DNA from: an uncultured Campylobacterales bacterium
Lineage (GTDB): Bacteria > Campylobacterota > Campylobacteria > Campylobacterales > CACVAW01
Length of the DNA stretch: 64,000 nt
NCBI GenBank assembly: GCA_902727925.1
Contig: CACVAW010000044.1
Location: 15,111 to 79,110 of the forward strand
Direction: 5' to 3'
The stretch's first letter is position 1. Each line of letters opens with the position of its first letter. Both the position numbers and the translations under genes were made by a program. Below are positions 26,619 through 37,105 of the stretch, piece after piece. The notes beneath the pieces are model-generated. The model saw only the letters and a program-made list of their open reading frames with translations. It did not search any database and was not told where the DNA came from.

Positions 26619-29417
26619 TTATTTATTTAAATATTTCGCTGTATAGCTTCCTGATTTGTCCACTCTTGAGACAAGATCTTTTACCGTTCCTGCGTCTACT
26701 ATAGTTCCACCTTTGTTTCCTCCATCTGGTCCCATATCGATTACATAATCAGCATTTTTGACAACATCAAGGTTGTGTTCGATTACTATCATTGAATTCC
26801 CTAAGGTCACAAGATGATGAAGTACACCTGTTAATCTATCTACATCGCTAAAATGCAAGCCTGTTGTTGGCTCATCTAATATATACAGAGTCTTACCTGT
26901 ATCATTTTTACTTAGTTCTCGTGAGAGCTTTATTCTTTGGGCTTCTCCACCACTTAGTGTTACTGCATTTTGACCTAGTGTTATATAGTCAAGTCCTACA
27001 TCTTTAAGTACTTTTAATTTTTTATGTAGTTTTGGAATAGCTTTGAAGAACTCGTAAGCTTCATTTACACTCATGTTTAGAACATCTGAGATATTTTTGC
27101 CTTTGTATAGAACTTCAAGAGTTTGAGTATTATATCTATGTCCATTACACAAATCACAATTCACTATCACATCAGGTAAGAAGTGCATAGAAATTTTAAG
27201 TTCACCCTCGCCTTTACACTTTTCACATCTTCCACCTGTGACATTAAAAGAAAATCTTCCTATTTTGTAGCCTTTTATTTTGGCTAATTTTGTTTGTGAG
27301 AATATATCTCTTATATCATCCATTATTCCAGTATATGTTGCTGGATTACTACGAGATGTTTTACCTATTGGTGATTGATCAAGATATATTACCTTATCAA
27401 GACCTTCATATCCACTTAGCTTTACATCTTTGATTATAGTAGTATTCTTGTACCCAAGAGCATTTTTTATAGCTGGAAGAAGTACTTGAAGTATGAGTGA
27501 GCTTTTACCACTTCCACTTACTCCTGTAACTGCCACAAAGTTATTAAGTGGTATTTTTAGATTTAGTTTATTAATATTATTTATAGTTACATTGTCAATT
27601 TTTAGAAACTTTTTTTGAGGTCTATTATGTAAGTGAGTTACTTTTTTCCTACCAAAAAGATAATCAGCTGTTTGAGTTTTCGCTTTTTGAAGTTCTTTAT
27701 ATGTTCCAGCAAAGACTATATCTCCACCATATTTTCCAGCTCCTGGACCAATATCTATTATGTAGTCTGCTGCTTTTATAGTCTCTTCATCATGCTCTAC
27801 AACTATTAGTGTATTACCTTTGTCTTTTAGGTTTTTGAGTGTTTTTATTAGTTTAAATGTATCTTTTTCATGTAATCCGATACTAGGCTCATCAAGTACG
27901 TACATAACACCTGTAAGACCACTTCCTATTTGAGATGCTATTCGTATTCTTTGAGCTTCTCCCCCACTAATACTTCTTGCATCTCTTCCAAGACTCAAAT
28001 AACCAAGCCCCACATCAAACAAAAAATACAATCTTTGTTTGAGTTCTTTTAATATAGGTAAAGAAATTTGTTGTTTTATTGATGATAAGTGTGCAAAGTT
28101 TGCTTCAGTTGAGAAAAATTTATATACCTCTTCTATTGGTAGATTTATCATTTGTGAAATAGGCTCATTTGCTACTTTTACAGCCAGAGATGAAGCGTTA
28201 AGTCTATTGGCATCACAGACATCACACTTCATTTCTACCATATACTCTTTCATATCTTTTTCGTCTTTGTTTATACTATATGCTATTACTTTTACACCTT
28301 CAAAAGGCTTTTTAAGACGGTGTTTTTTCCATGTAAAGTTAACATCACTTGGAGCACCATTTAGTACTAATTTTTTGTTATGAGCTTCTAGGTCTTTAAA
28401 AGGGATTGTTGTATCAATACCATTTTGTTCACAAAAGGCATTTAGGAACTTAGCATAGTAGCTTTTATTAAACCCATAAAGTATTTTGATTGCGCCATCG
28501 TTTATAGTCTTGTCTTCATCTATGATTTTATTCATATCAAGAGTATACTTGATACCAAGGCCATCACAGCTCTTACAAGCTCCTTTAGGAGAGTTGAAAG
28601 AAAAACTTAGTGGTTCAAGCTCTTCATAACTGATTTTACAATCAAAACAAGCAAAATGTTCACTGTATTTTTTGTGAGGTTCAAGTCCTACTTCTTCATG
28701 ATTAAGAATATCAAGTTCAACTACACCAAAGCTTTCTTTGAGTGCTTTTTCTATATCGTCTGAGATTCTTTGCTTATTTTCTGGTTTAATTACTACTCTA
28801 TCGACTACTATCTTGATGGTATGAAGTTTAGTTTTTTTTAGATCTATATCTTCATCAAGTCTTACCATCACACCATCTATCATAGCACGGACATATCCTT
28901 TAGCACGAAGAGATTCTAGTACATCTGCGTATGCACCCTTTTTACTATTAACTATAGGTGAGAGAATATTTAGTTTTGTTCCCTCAGGAAGTAAGAGTAT
29001 CTGATTGATAATATCTTCTGTATTCATATGAGATATTTCTTGATGACACTTATGACAGTGCTGAACCCCTACTCTTGCATAAAGAAGCCTTAAGTAGTCA
29101 TATATCTCAGTGATAGTACCTACTGTACTTCTTGGGTTTTTGCTTGTTGTTTTTTGATCTATTGCGATAGCTGGAGTTAGTCCATCTATCTTATCAACAT
29201 CAGGTTTATCCAGCTTTCCAAGGAATTGTCTTGCATACGATGAAAGTGATTCTATATATCTTCTTTGACCCTCACTATACAAAGTATCAAAAGCAAGAGT
29301 AGATTTTCCACTACCACTAATCCCAGTTACTACCACAAATGAGTTTTTAGGAATTGTTAAATCTATATTTTTTAAATTATGCTGGCGTGCACCTGTTATA
29401 ACTATATTATTTGTCAT
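26619..29417 (-). CDS. uvrA: excinuclease ABC subunit A
   Basis: 932 aa. Two ABC modules (GISGSGKST, GVSGSGKSS), LSGGE signature motifs and zinc-finger cysteines. Confidence 0.97.
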   Translation of the reverse strand: MTNNIVITGARQHNLKNIDLTIPKNSFVVVTGISGSGKSTLAFDTLYSEGQRRYIESLSSYARQFLGKLDKPDVDKIDGLTPAIAIDQKTTSKNPRSTVGTITEIYDYLRLLYARVGVQHCHKCHQEISHMNTEDIINQILLLPEGTKLNILSPIVNSKKGAYADVLESLRAKGYVRAMIDGVMVRLDEDIDLKKTKLHTIKIVVDRVVIKPENKQRISDDIEKALKESFGVVELDILNHEEVGLEPHKKYSEHFACFDCKISYEELEPLSFSFNSPKGACKSCDGLGIKYTLDMNKIIDEDKTINDGAIKILYGFNKSYYAKFLNAFCEQNGIDTTIPFKDLEAHNKKLVLNGAPSDVNFTWKKHRLKKPFEGVKVIAYSINKDEKDMKEYMVEMKCDVCDANRLNASSLAVKVANEPISQMINLPIEEVYKFFSTEANFAHLSSIKQQISLPILKELKQRLYFLFDVGLGYLSLGRDARSISGGEAQRIRIASQIGSGLTGVMYVLDEPSIGLHEKDTFKLIKTLKNLKDKGNTLIVVEHDEETIKAADYIIDIGPGAGKYGGDIVFAGTYKELQKAKTQTADYLFGRKKVTHLHNRPQKKFLKIDNVTINNINKLNLKIPLNNFVAVTGVSGSGKSSLILQVLLPAIKNALGYKNTTIIKDVKLSGYEGLDKVIYLDQSPIGKTSRSNPATYTGIMDDIRDIFSQTKLAKIKGYKIGRFSFNVTGGRCEKCKGEGELKISMHFLPDVIVNCDLCNGHRYNTQTLEVLYKGKNISDVLNMSVNEAYEFFKAIPKLHKKLKVLKDVGLDYITLGQNAVTLSGGEAQRIKLSRELSKNDTGKTLYILDEPTTGLHFSDVDRLTGVLHHLVTLGNSMIVIEHNLDVVKNADYVIDMGPDGGNKGGTIVDAGTVKDLVSRVDKSGSYTAKYLNK

Positions 29418-29421
29418 ATAC

Positions 29422-29706
29422 TCACTTAATTGAAATTATTTCTATCTCTGTTGGTATTAATCTAGACTCAGATTTTTTTAAAATCTTTGCTTCCACTGCT
29501 ATTACATGACTTTGATACTCTTCATAGTTTTCATTGTTTACTATTTTATATGATTTCTTAGAATCAATTTCTTTGATAGACAAATAAGAAAACGGTTCAT
29601 TCCCTACGCGAGATACTTTACCCTCGATATGTATTGAGTCAGAAGAATTAACACATCCGTTTAACATAAATCCAAAACCAACTATCATTAAAATTTTCTT
29701 TATCAT
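29422..29706 (-). CDS. small lipoprotein, unknown function
   Basis: 94 aa. Signal peptide with lipobox MLNGC. Tightly packed between uvrA and the upstream ORF. Confidence 0.45.
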   Translation of the reverse strand: MIKKILMIVGFGFMLNGCVNSSDSIHIEGKVSRVGNEPFSYLSIKEIDSKKSYKIVNNENYEEYQSHVIAVEAKILKKSESRLIPTEIEIISIK

Positions 29707-29716
29707 TATATATCCT

Positions 29717-30091
29717 TTATTCGTTAAAATTCGTTTTCATAGATTTTACATATTTTTTAGTATAAAAATATTGTAAAATGCTAAATGCTAGTAAAAAAGA
29801 CCCTATCGCCAGAATAAAAATATCGTTTTTAATAAAAAAATGAAAACCAAGAAAAATTAAACCAAAAATAAGAGTGTATAAATTTGGAATTAAACTATTT
29901 TTGCTCATTTTTGAATAAATTTTTTTGTTATTTTCAATCAAATCATTTAAAAATCTAACTTCGTTTTTACAATTATCATCTTTACAAGCAAGTCCCATAC
30001 CAGTATCTACCATACAATTTTGACATATACCTTTATTACAATATTTACAAGTTCCTAAAGAGTCTTGATTGTTATGAATAAAACATTTCAT
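29717..30091 (-). CDS. zinc-ribbon (Cys-rich) membrane-anchored protein, unknown function
   Basis: 124 aa. N-terminal CxxC pairs (CKYCNKGICQNC...CKDDNC) are followed by two hydrophobic helices. 1-bp overlap with the bamA stop. Confidence 0.4.
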   Translation of the reverse strand: MKCFIHNNQDSLGTCKYCNKGICQNCMVDTGMGLACKDDNCKNEVRFLNDLIENNKKIYSKMSKNSLIPNLYTLIFGLIFLGFHFFIKNDIFILAIGSFLLAFSILQYFYTKKYVKSMKTNFNE

Positions 30092-32286
30092 TAAAATCTA
30101 CTTCCTATAGAAAAACTAAATCTCTGTGTATCATCTCCTACCTCATCTTCAGGTGTTGAAAATATAAACTGTAATGGTCCAAGAGCAGTAACCCAACCTA
30201 TACCCCAACCAAAAGAGCTTCTTTTGATTTCATCAAAACTTGATTCACCAATCATACCATAATCATAAAATCCAAATAACCTCATCTTTGCGTCTTTAAT
30301 TAGAGGTATACTAACCTCAATAGAACTTGCAAAAAGTCTTTTACCACCTATTTGATCTCCATTTGAATTTTCTGGACTAAGTGAGTTTGTGTCAAACCCT
30401 CTTAATGTACTTAATCCCCCAAGATAGAGTTTTTCATTTATTGGTAGATATCCTTCATCTTGTGCGAGCTGAACATTTGCTCTATATCTAACAATAAGAT
30501 CATACCCAATCAAATCCTCAAAACCATAAAAAGCGCTCACTTTACTATAAGACTTAATAAACTCCATATCTCCACCAATACCAGCATATTGTAAACTTGT
30601 ATTAGCTTTAAATCCACTTCTTGGTAAGAAAAAATCATCTGTTGAGTTATACCCAATAAACGGAGTTACAAAACTTTTAATGTTTGAGCCTTCCCTATAA
30701 AGTCCCGTACTATTAACATCTATATTTGTAAGCTCTATATCTTCAAGTCCATAAGAAAGAGATGCTGTTAATCTTCTTGTAAGCTTTCTACCTACTTTTA
30801 CACTAAATCCAGTTTTATCTTCATCGTAACTAGTAAAGTCATACTCTTTTTTAAAGATACTTGCACCTAAACTATACTTTGAGTCATTAAATCTTGGATT
30901 TTGAAAATATAATTCACCTTTTGTTGTAGTAGCTGATCTATCTACTGAAATACCAGCTTCTATCCCACTACCAAATATATTTCTATCATTTACATTAGCA
31001 TTAAGAAGTAGACCATCACTACCGTATCCTATACTACCTATAAGACTTCCAGTAGGTCCTTCTGATACATTTACTACAATATCAACTTGATCATCCTCTA
31101 CAAAATTTTTATCTATTACTATACTATCGAAATATCCAAGTCTTCCAAGACTTGATATCGTATCAGCATAATTAAGTTCAGTATATACTTCACCAGGTAT
31201 TAAGTATAACTCACGCCTGATAATCCTATCAAGAGTTCTACTGTTTCCTTGAATATCTACATTTCTTACATATACTTTATTTCCTAGACTCAAATCAAAA
31301 TATATATTAATAGTTTTATTTGCAATACTTTTTTCAAACTTCGGACGTACCTTTGCTTTTGCAAACCCTTGTGTGTATAGCTCATTTTGAATATCTTTAA
31401 TATCTGCTCTTAATTTATACACATCAAATAAATCGCCACTTTTGGTATTTAGCTCTTCTTTATATAGAGACTTGTCACTTACACTTACTTGACCTATAGT
31501 GTATTGTTCACCTTTAGTTACTTCATAATAAATTGAAGCTTCATTCATACTAAGATCAGCAGACAAAAAAGGCTTTGTCAAATCTACATCTATATATCCA
31601 TTTGAGAGATAATAGTCTTTAAGCTTACCATAATCAGTTCCAAGTTCAGCAAGACTAAGCTTACCATCATCTCTTCCCCATAACCATCCTAAAAACTGCT
31701 GTTTTTTGTTTTTGAGTTCATCTGAGGCTTCTTTATAGTTTGCATTATCACCTACAAGGTCAAACTCTTTTATTCGTACAACTTTTCCCTTGTTCGATAC
31801 AAATTTAAGATTAACTGCATTTTTATTTATATACTCAGTTTGAACTACCACACTACTTCCAAGATACCCTCTAAATTCCAAAAATGAAGTCAAAGTTTTT
31901 TTAGATTTTTCAACTTTGTACTTATCGTAAAGCATACCTTTTTTTAATCCTAATAACTTTAAAGTCTCTTCAACTTTTAGCTCATCAAATCCCAATATCT
32001 CGATATTTGCTATATTTGGCTTTGACACTGTTATAAATGTTAGTGTTGAACCATCAAACTTTGATTCTATAGAGTCAAAGTAGCCTTTAGAATAAAGACT
32101 TTTGATTGCTCTATTGACTTTTATTTTACTAAAACTATCTTGTTCTTGTATATCTATAACACTTTTTGCTTTTGTAGCAGAGATATGTAAAAGTCCTGTA
32201 AATTCTATTTTGTTTATAGTACTAGCAAACGAAATACCACCTAATATAACTAATACTAAAAATCTTTTCATCCAAAAATTCCTCAT
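30091..32286 (-). CDS. bamA: outer-membrane protein assembly factor BamA
   Basis: 731 aa. Signal peptide, POTRA repeats, C-terminal beta-barrel ending ...FSFSIGSRF. Confidence 0.9.
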   Translation of the reverse strand: MRNFWMKRFLVLVILGGISFASTINKIEFTGLLHISATKAKSVIDIQEQDSFSKIKVNRAIKSLYSKGYFDSIESKFDGSTLTFITVSKPNIANIEILGFDELKVEETLKLLGLKKGMLYDKYKVEKSKKTLTSFLEFRGYLGSSVVVQTEYINKNAVNLKFVSNKGKVVRIKEFDLVGDNANYKEASDELKNKKQQFLGWLWGRDDGKLSLAELGTDYGKLKDYYLSNGYIDVDLTKPFLSADLSMNEASIYYEVTKGEQYTIGQVSVSDKSLYKEELNTKSGDLFDVYKLRADIKDIQNELYTQGFAKAKVRPKFEKSIANKTINIYFDLSLGNKVYVRNVDIQGNSRTLDRIIRRELYLIPGEVYTELNYADTISSLGRLGYFDSIVIDKNFVEDDQVDIVVNVSEGPTGSLIGSIGYGSDGLLLNANVNDRNIFGSGIEAGISVDRSATTTKGELYFQNPRFNDSKYSLGASIFKKEYDFTSYDEDKTGFSVKVGRKLTRRLTASLSYGLEDIELTNIDVNSTGLYREGSNIKSFVTPFIGYNSTDDFFLPRSGFKANTSLQYAGIGGDMEFIKSYSKVSAFYGFEDLIGYDLIVRYRANVQLAQDEGYLPINEKLYLGGLSTLRGFDTNSLSPENSNGDQIGGKRLFASSIEVSIPLIKDAKMRLFGFYDYGMIGESSFDEIKRSSFGWGIGWVTALGPLQFIFSTPEDEVGDDTQRFSFSIGSRF

Positions 32287-32288
32287 AA

Positions 32289-32702
32289 TTAAACTTGCCT
32301 TACAATTAAACTTGTCGGTAAATCAAAATGTTTTATAATCTCTTCTTCTTTATTTCTCATCTCACCAAAATCTTTCTCGTGATCATATCCTAATAGATGT
32401 AACAGTCCATGAATAAAAAGTAAACAAAACTCATTATAAAAAGAGTGTTTATAAAAAGATGCTTTACTCTTAACTTCATCTATATTAATAACAATACTAC
32501 CAAGTACTAAAAAATCTTGTATTCCAAAACTAAGTACATCCGTACTTTTGTCTTTTTTTCTATGTTTTTTATTTAAATCTTTTATATACTCTGAATTACA
32601 TACAATTAACTCTATATCTTTAGAATTAGCAAAATAATTTGAAATTTTTTCTAAAAACTCCACTTCTATCTCAAAGTCAGTAAGATTATCTATTTCTATC
32701 AT
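32289..32702 (-). CDS. ybeY: rRNA maturation RNase YbeY
   Basis: 137 aa. Zinc motif [11 protein letters not shown]. Confidence 0.9.
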   Translation of the reverse strand: MIEIDNLTDFEIEVEFLEKISNYFANSKDIELIVCNSEYIKDLNKKHRKKDKSTDVLSFGIQDFLVLGSIVINIDEVKSKASFYKHSFYNEFCLLFIHGLLHLLGYDHEKDFGEMRNKEEEIIKHFDLPTSLIVRQV

Positions 32703-32830
32703 CAGAGTATACCTTTGTAGTTTCGAATAATACTAAAAATAAATTTGAATTGCTTAAAACTTTATATCAAAGTTATATAATCCTGAAAATATTTTATAGT
32801 AGATATAAAAAGTATATACAAAGGTCATTT

Positions 32831-33982
32831 ATGAGCAAAAATTTCTTATTTACAAGTGAATCAGTTACAGAAGGTCATCCTGATAAAATGGCTGATCAAA
32901 TCAGTGACGCAATACTAGACTATATAATTGAAAGAGATACAAAAGCAAGAGTGGCTTGTGAAACTCTTCTTAGTAATGGATTCTGTGTAATTGCAGGTGA
33001 AATCAAAACAAACGCATACGCACCAATGCAAGAAATCGCAAGAAATATAATAAGAGGTATAGGATATACAAATGCAGACTATGGCTTTGACTATAGAACA
33101 GCAGGTATTCTAAACGGTGTAGGTGAACAAAGCCCTGATATCAATCAAGGTGTGGACCAAGCAAATGGAGAAATAGGAGCAGGAGATCAAGGTCTAATGT
33201 TCGGATATGCTTGTAAAGAGAGTGAAAACCTCATGCCTTTACCTATAAGCTTAGCTCACACACTTAGTCAAAGACTCGCATCCGTAAGAAAAAATGGTTC
33301 ATTACCATTTCTAAGACCTGATGGAAAATCTCAAGTAAGTGTAAGATATGAAGACGGTAAACCTGTAGCAATAGATACTATAGTAATATCTTCACAGCAC
33401 TCTGAGAGTGTCGATATGCAAATGCTCAAAGACTCTATAATCGATGAAGTTATACTTCCAAGCTTACCAACAGACATAGATACATCAAATATCAAATACC
33501 ATATCAATCCAACTGGAAGATTCGTCATAGGTGGACCTCAAGGTGACGCTGGTTTGACTGGTAGAAAAATCATTGTTGATACATACGGTGGAAGCTGTCC
33601 TCATGGGGGAGGAGCATTCTCAGGTAAAGATCCTACAAAAGTAGATAGAAGTGCTGCATATATGGCAAGATACATAGCTAAAAACCTAGTAGCAAGTGGA
33701 GCTTGTGACAAAGCAACTATACAACTCGCTTACGCAATAGGTGTAGTTGAGCCAGTATCAGTTATGGTAGATACTCACGGAACTTCAAGTATCCAAACCT
33801 CAAAAATCGAAGACTGTGTAAAAACTCTTTTTAAACTTACACCAAAAGGTATTATAGAATCTCTAGATTTACTTAAACCAATATTCTTAAAAACAGCAGC
33901 TTACGGACACTTTGGTAGAGATGAATTTAGTTGGGAAAAGACAAACAAAGTAGATGAAATAAAAGATTTCCTAAAAATCTAA
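32831..33982 (+). CDS. metK: S-adenosylmethionine synthetase
   Basis: The track ORF starts at a TTG at 32750. The ATG at 32831, with AAGG upstream, gives the canonical [19 protein letters not shown]. Also [12 protein letters not shown] and GGGAFSGKD. Confidence 0.97.
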   Translation: MSKNFLFTSESVTEGHPDKMADQISDAILDYIIERDTKARVACETLLSNGFCVIAGEIKTNAYAPMQEIARNIIRGIGYTNADYGFDYRTAGILNGVGEQSPDINQGVDQANGEIGAGDQGLMFGYACKESENLMPLPISLAHTLSQRLASVRKNGSLPFLRPDGKSQVSVRYEDGKPVAIDTIVISSQHSESVDMQMLKDSIIDEVILPSLPTDIDTSNIKYHINPTGRFVIGGPQGDAGLTGRKIIVDTYGGSCPHGGGAFSGKDPTKVDRSAAYMARYIAKNLVASGACDKATIQLAYAIGVVEPVSVMVDTHGTSSIQTSKIEDCVKTLFKLTPKGIIESLDLLKPIFLKTAAYGHFGRDEFSWEKTNKVDEIKDFLKI

Positions 33983-33985
33983 GAA

Positions 33986-34927
33986 ATGGCAACTCAAAAA
34001 CCCCAAAGTGTAACAAAGAAAAAAACTACTAAAAAAAGAAAAAAACTTACACTGAAGCAAAAAGTCAGGTTATATACTTGGCTTTTTCGTATAACTCTAT
34101 TCTTACTTTTTATTTCTTTGGGGTTTTTAATATATTCTTTTAATACTACAAAGACAATACCAGAAATACAATATATAGAGCTAGAATGTGAAACAATCCC
34201 CGAAAGAGATATCTATATTCCAACTATAAAAACACCAAAAGAAGAAATACCAAAACAACCTATAGTTAAAAATATTCCAAAACCAAAACTAGCAATCATC
34301 ATAGATGACGTAGCGTCATCTTATGAAACAAAAAATATACTCAAAAGTTCAAAGTCCATAACACCATCATTCTTCCCAAAGAATTCAGATCATCCAAATA
34401 CTCCAGAACTCTCAACTAAATTTAAAACCTATATGATTCACTTACCACTTGAGGCAAATAGCAACTTCACAAGCCAAGAAGCTGGTGTACTAAAAGTAGG
34501 AGATCCAATATCAAAGATAGATAATACAATCAAAAATATCCTTGCTAGTTTTCCTGACTTAAAATATGTTAATAATCACACAGGAAGTGTATATAGTAGT
34601 GATTATAACTCAATGTATAAGCTACTAAGTGTATTAAAGAGATATAACCTAAAATATCTTGATAGTAAAACTATATCATCTACAAAAGCATCTATCGTAG
34701 CAAAAGACTTAAATATGAATATTCTAGTAAGAGATGTATTTATAGATAATATTTTAGATAAAAACATCATAAAAAAACAACTCAAAAAAGCTGTAAACAT
34801 AGCAAAAGAAAAAGGAAGTGCAATAGCTATAGGACACCCAAAAAAGATTACACTACAAACAATCAAAGAATCAGCCTCACTCTTTAAAGATGTAGAATTA
34901 GTACTTATTCATGAACTCTATAACTAA
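33986..34927 (+). CDS. divergent polysaccharide deacetylase family protein (YibQ-like)
   Basis: Basic N-terminus plus a TM anchor, then LAIIIDDV..., IHLPLEA, NNHTGS and IGHP, the metal-site pattern of the YibQ family. Confidence 0.6.
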   Translation: MATQKPQSVTKKKTTKKRKKLTLKQKVRLYTWLFRITLFLLFISLGFLIYSFNTTKTIPEIQYIELECETIPERDIYIPTIKTPKEEIPKQPIVKNIPKPKLAIIIDDVASSYETKNILKSSKSITPSFFPKNSDHPNTPELSTKFKTYMIHLPLEANSNFTSQEAGVLKVGDPISKIDNTIKNILASFPDLKYVNNHTGSVYSSDYNSMYKLLSVLKRYNLKYLDSKTISSTKASIVAKDLNMNILVRDVFIDNILDKNIIKKQLKKAVNIAKEKGSAIAIGHPKKITLQTIKESASLFKDVELVLIHELYN

Positions 34928-35669
34928 TCACCAAATCAATAGCGATCTAAAAATAGACAATCTATACTATGAAGGTAATATAGACTTAATAAACAGACCA
35001 AAAATCAGTATTGTAGGAACAAGACGACCATCACATTACACTCAAATACAAACTATGAAAATAGCCTCAGCACTCTGTAACGCAGGATTTGTTATAGTCA
35101 GTGGCGCAGCTCTGGGAGTTGATGCTATAGCACATAAAGGTGCATTCCCAAATACTATTGCTGTAATGGCAAACTCACTTGATATAACATATCCAAAAAC
35201 AAATGCAAATATAATAAACAACATCAAAAAAGATGCTCTTACATTGAGCGAATACAAACCTACAACCAAAGCCACAAGATACTCATTTGTGCAAAGAAAT
35301 AGAATTGTCGTATATCTGGGAGACATACTAATAGTAAGCGAAGCTGATATTAATAGTGGTAGTATAAGAAGTGCTGAGTATGCAATAAAAATGGGTAAAA
35401 AGATATTTGTATTGCCACATAGATTAGGTGAAAGTCTAGGTACAAACGAACTTGTCAAAAATGGATATGCAACTACTATACTAAATGTAGATGAGTTTAT
35501 AAGCTCATTCGCTCCAACATATATGCCAAAGATAAATGACGAGATATTAGAGTTTTGTAAAGATGGAGTATTTTTGGCCACAGCTCTTGAAAAATTTGGA
35601 GACACTATATATGAATACGAAATTGAAGGCAAACTGAAAAATGATGGAATTAATGTCTATGTTGTCTAA
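34911..35669 (+). CDS. dprA: DNA-processing protein DprA
   Basis: IVGTRRPS...VSGAALGVDAIAHKGA Rossmann-like DprA core. 252 aa. Confidence 0.85.
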   Translation: MNSITNHQINSDLKIDNLYYEGNIDLINRPKISIVGTRRPSHYTQIQTMKIASALCNAGFVIVSGAALGVDAIAHKGAFPNTIAVMANSLDITYPKTNANIINNIKKDALTLSEYKPTTKATRYSFVQRNRIVVYLGDILIVSEADINSGSIRSAEYAIKMGKKIFVLPHRLGESLGTNELVKNGYATTILNVDEFISSFAPTYMPKINDEILEFCKDGVFLATALEKFGDTIYEYEIEGKLKNDGINVYVV

Positions 35670-35675
35670 AAGCTA

Positions 35676-36539
35676 ATGAAGAAAGAAAGACAAGGAGAAT
35701 ACTTAGCTCTTGGACTAGCTATGATTGAGAGCTGTTTCCCCATACTAAGCATTGTATCTATGTCATATATAGGCGCTATTAATACTTATGCTTATTCTCT
35801 TGTTGTAGCTCTATTTTTTCTAACTCTACTAATGCTAAAAAGAAAAAAGTTCAATGAACTCAAAAATACAAAAGAATATAAAAGCCTAGTACTAACAACC
35901 TTTTGGATTACATCTTTATTTCTACTGGTATTTATTGGTATGAGATATACCACAGCTGGGAATATGGCTGTTATAATATTTTTGCAACTTCTTTTTTCTT
36001 ACCTTTATTTTAATGTCTTCGGCAAAGAAAAAATGCAAAGTATTCACCTTCTTGGTGCTATATTTATGGGAATAGGAGCTTTGACTATATTAGTCCCAGA
36101 TGAGCTTACTTTTAACAAAGGAGACTTACTAATACTCTTAGGTGCTATGATATCTCCCATAGCAAACTACTATCAAAAACAAGCAAGAACTCACTACTCT
36201 ACAGAAACTATTCTAAGCTTTAGAACAGTTGTAGCACTCCCTTTTGTATTCATCTTAGCATTCATATTTGAACCAACTATCACTTATGAAAACTTCCTAA
36301 AAGCACTTCCATATATCCTAACTATAGGAGTACTAGTATATGTAATATCAAAGATAATGTGGATAGAAGCACTTTATAGAATTTCTATAACCAAACTCTC
36401 AGCGATGATTGCACTTATACCGGTAATGACACTTATACTTGCATATTTTTATCTAAACGAAATACCTAGTGTAAGACAGATACTAGGAGTACTACCCGTA
36501 CTCCTAGGTGGATACCTAATTACACGAGAAGTTAAATAA
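35676..36539 (+). CDS. EamA/DMT family transporter
   Basis: 287 aa with about 10 TM helices in a duplicated EamA-type arrangement. Confidence 0.7.
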   Translation: MKKERQGEYLALGLAMIESCFPILSIVSMSYIGAINTYAYSLVVALFFLTLLMLKRKKFNELKNTKEYKSLVLTTFWITSLFLLVFIGMRYTTAGNMAVIIFLQLLFSYLYFNVFGKEKMQSIHLLGAIFMGIGALTILVPDELTFNKGDLLILLGAMISPIANYYQKQARTHYSTETILSFRTVVALPFVFILAFIFEPTITYENFLKALPYILTIGVLVYVISKIMWIEALYRISITKLSAMIALIPVMTLILAYFYLNEIPSVRQILGVLPVLLGGYLITREVK

Positions 36540-36622
36540 TTGCAGATAAATAACACTACTAATTTTCTCGGTGGTAGAGTCTTTTCTGACATGAAAGAAT
36601 TACTGAATGTATATGCTGGTAT

Positions 36623-36649
36623 GTCTAAATCTGTGAAAGAGATTTAGAC
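36623..36649. terminator. bidirectional hairpin between convergent genes
   Basis: GTCTAAATCT-gtgaaag-AGATTTAGAC is a 10-bp stem. It overlaps the stop codon of the minus-strand 111-aa ORF. Confidence 0.5.
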
Positions 36650-36984
36650 TATATAAATAATAGTGGTATCAAACCAATTAAACAACCTAATATAATACCT
36701 AGCGTCTCTGCAAGTATAACTTGATTCTTTGACAAGCTATTCGATAAAGTTGGAGGCAATTTCATATGAATTAATTTTTCTACCCATCTTCCAGTTAATA
36801 TTCCTACAGCATCTGAAAGAGTATTTCCCAAACCAGCGGCCAAAAGAGTATTTGAAACACCAATTCCCAGAAAAAACGAGTCAATTTCATCACCAAAGAT
36901 TATCATTAAAAAATTATCAATAAATCCAAATATAATAAATGCTACCATAACAGACAACATTCTATTTAATGTTTTTCTTATCAT
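36649..36984 (-). CDS. small integral membrane protein, unknown function
   Basis: 111 aa with 3 predicted TM helices and a GLGNTLSDAVG motif. No function assigned. Confidence 0.4.
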   Translation of the reverse strand: MIRKTLNRMLSVMVAFIIFGFIDNFLMIIFGDEIDSFFLGIGVSNTLLAAGLGNTLSDAVGILTGRWVEKLIHMKLPPTLSNSLSKNQVILAETLGIILGCLIGLIPLLFI

Positions 36985-37105
36985 AAGACAAACTACCTTT
37001 ATAATTTTTACGAATAATAGCCTAAAATATTATAAACAGCCCAAAAACTACTACAAGTTAATGCAAAATAATCATATAATAACAGATATAAAATTGGAGT
37101 AGTAA

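Noticed and set aside
32750-32830. N-terminal 27-aa extension of MetK in the ORF track (TTG start). The same applies to the extensions on the LytS-type kinase (45106-45150), BrnT (19080-19133) and hisH
   Set aside because: These extensions are not conserved-looking. Canonical ATG starts with Shine-Dalgarno sequences, or ATGA coupling, lie at the positions that give family-typical N-termini.
35042-35632. 196-aa ORF antisense to dprA. The same applies to 42046-42648 (200 aa, antisense to the MFS gene), 56788-57237 (antisense to murJ), 9236-9622 and 9333-9659 (antisense to nifU), and 28039-28383 (antisense to uvrA)
   Set aside because: Each lies wholly inside a well-supported gene on the other strand. 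Their Ser/Ile/Phe/Leu-rich compositions are typical of antisense frames in AT-rich DNA. None has a motif or a plausible ribosome-binding site.
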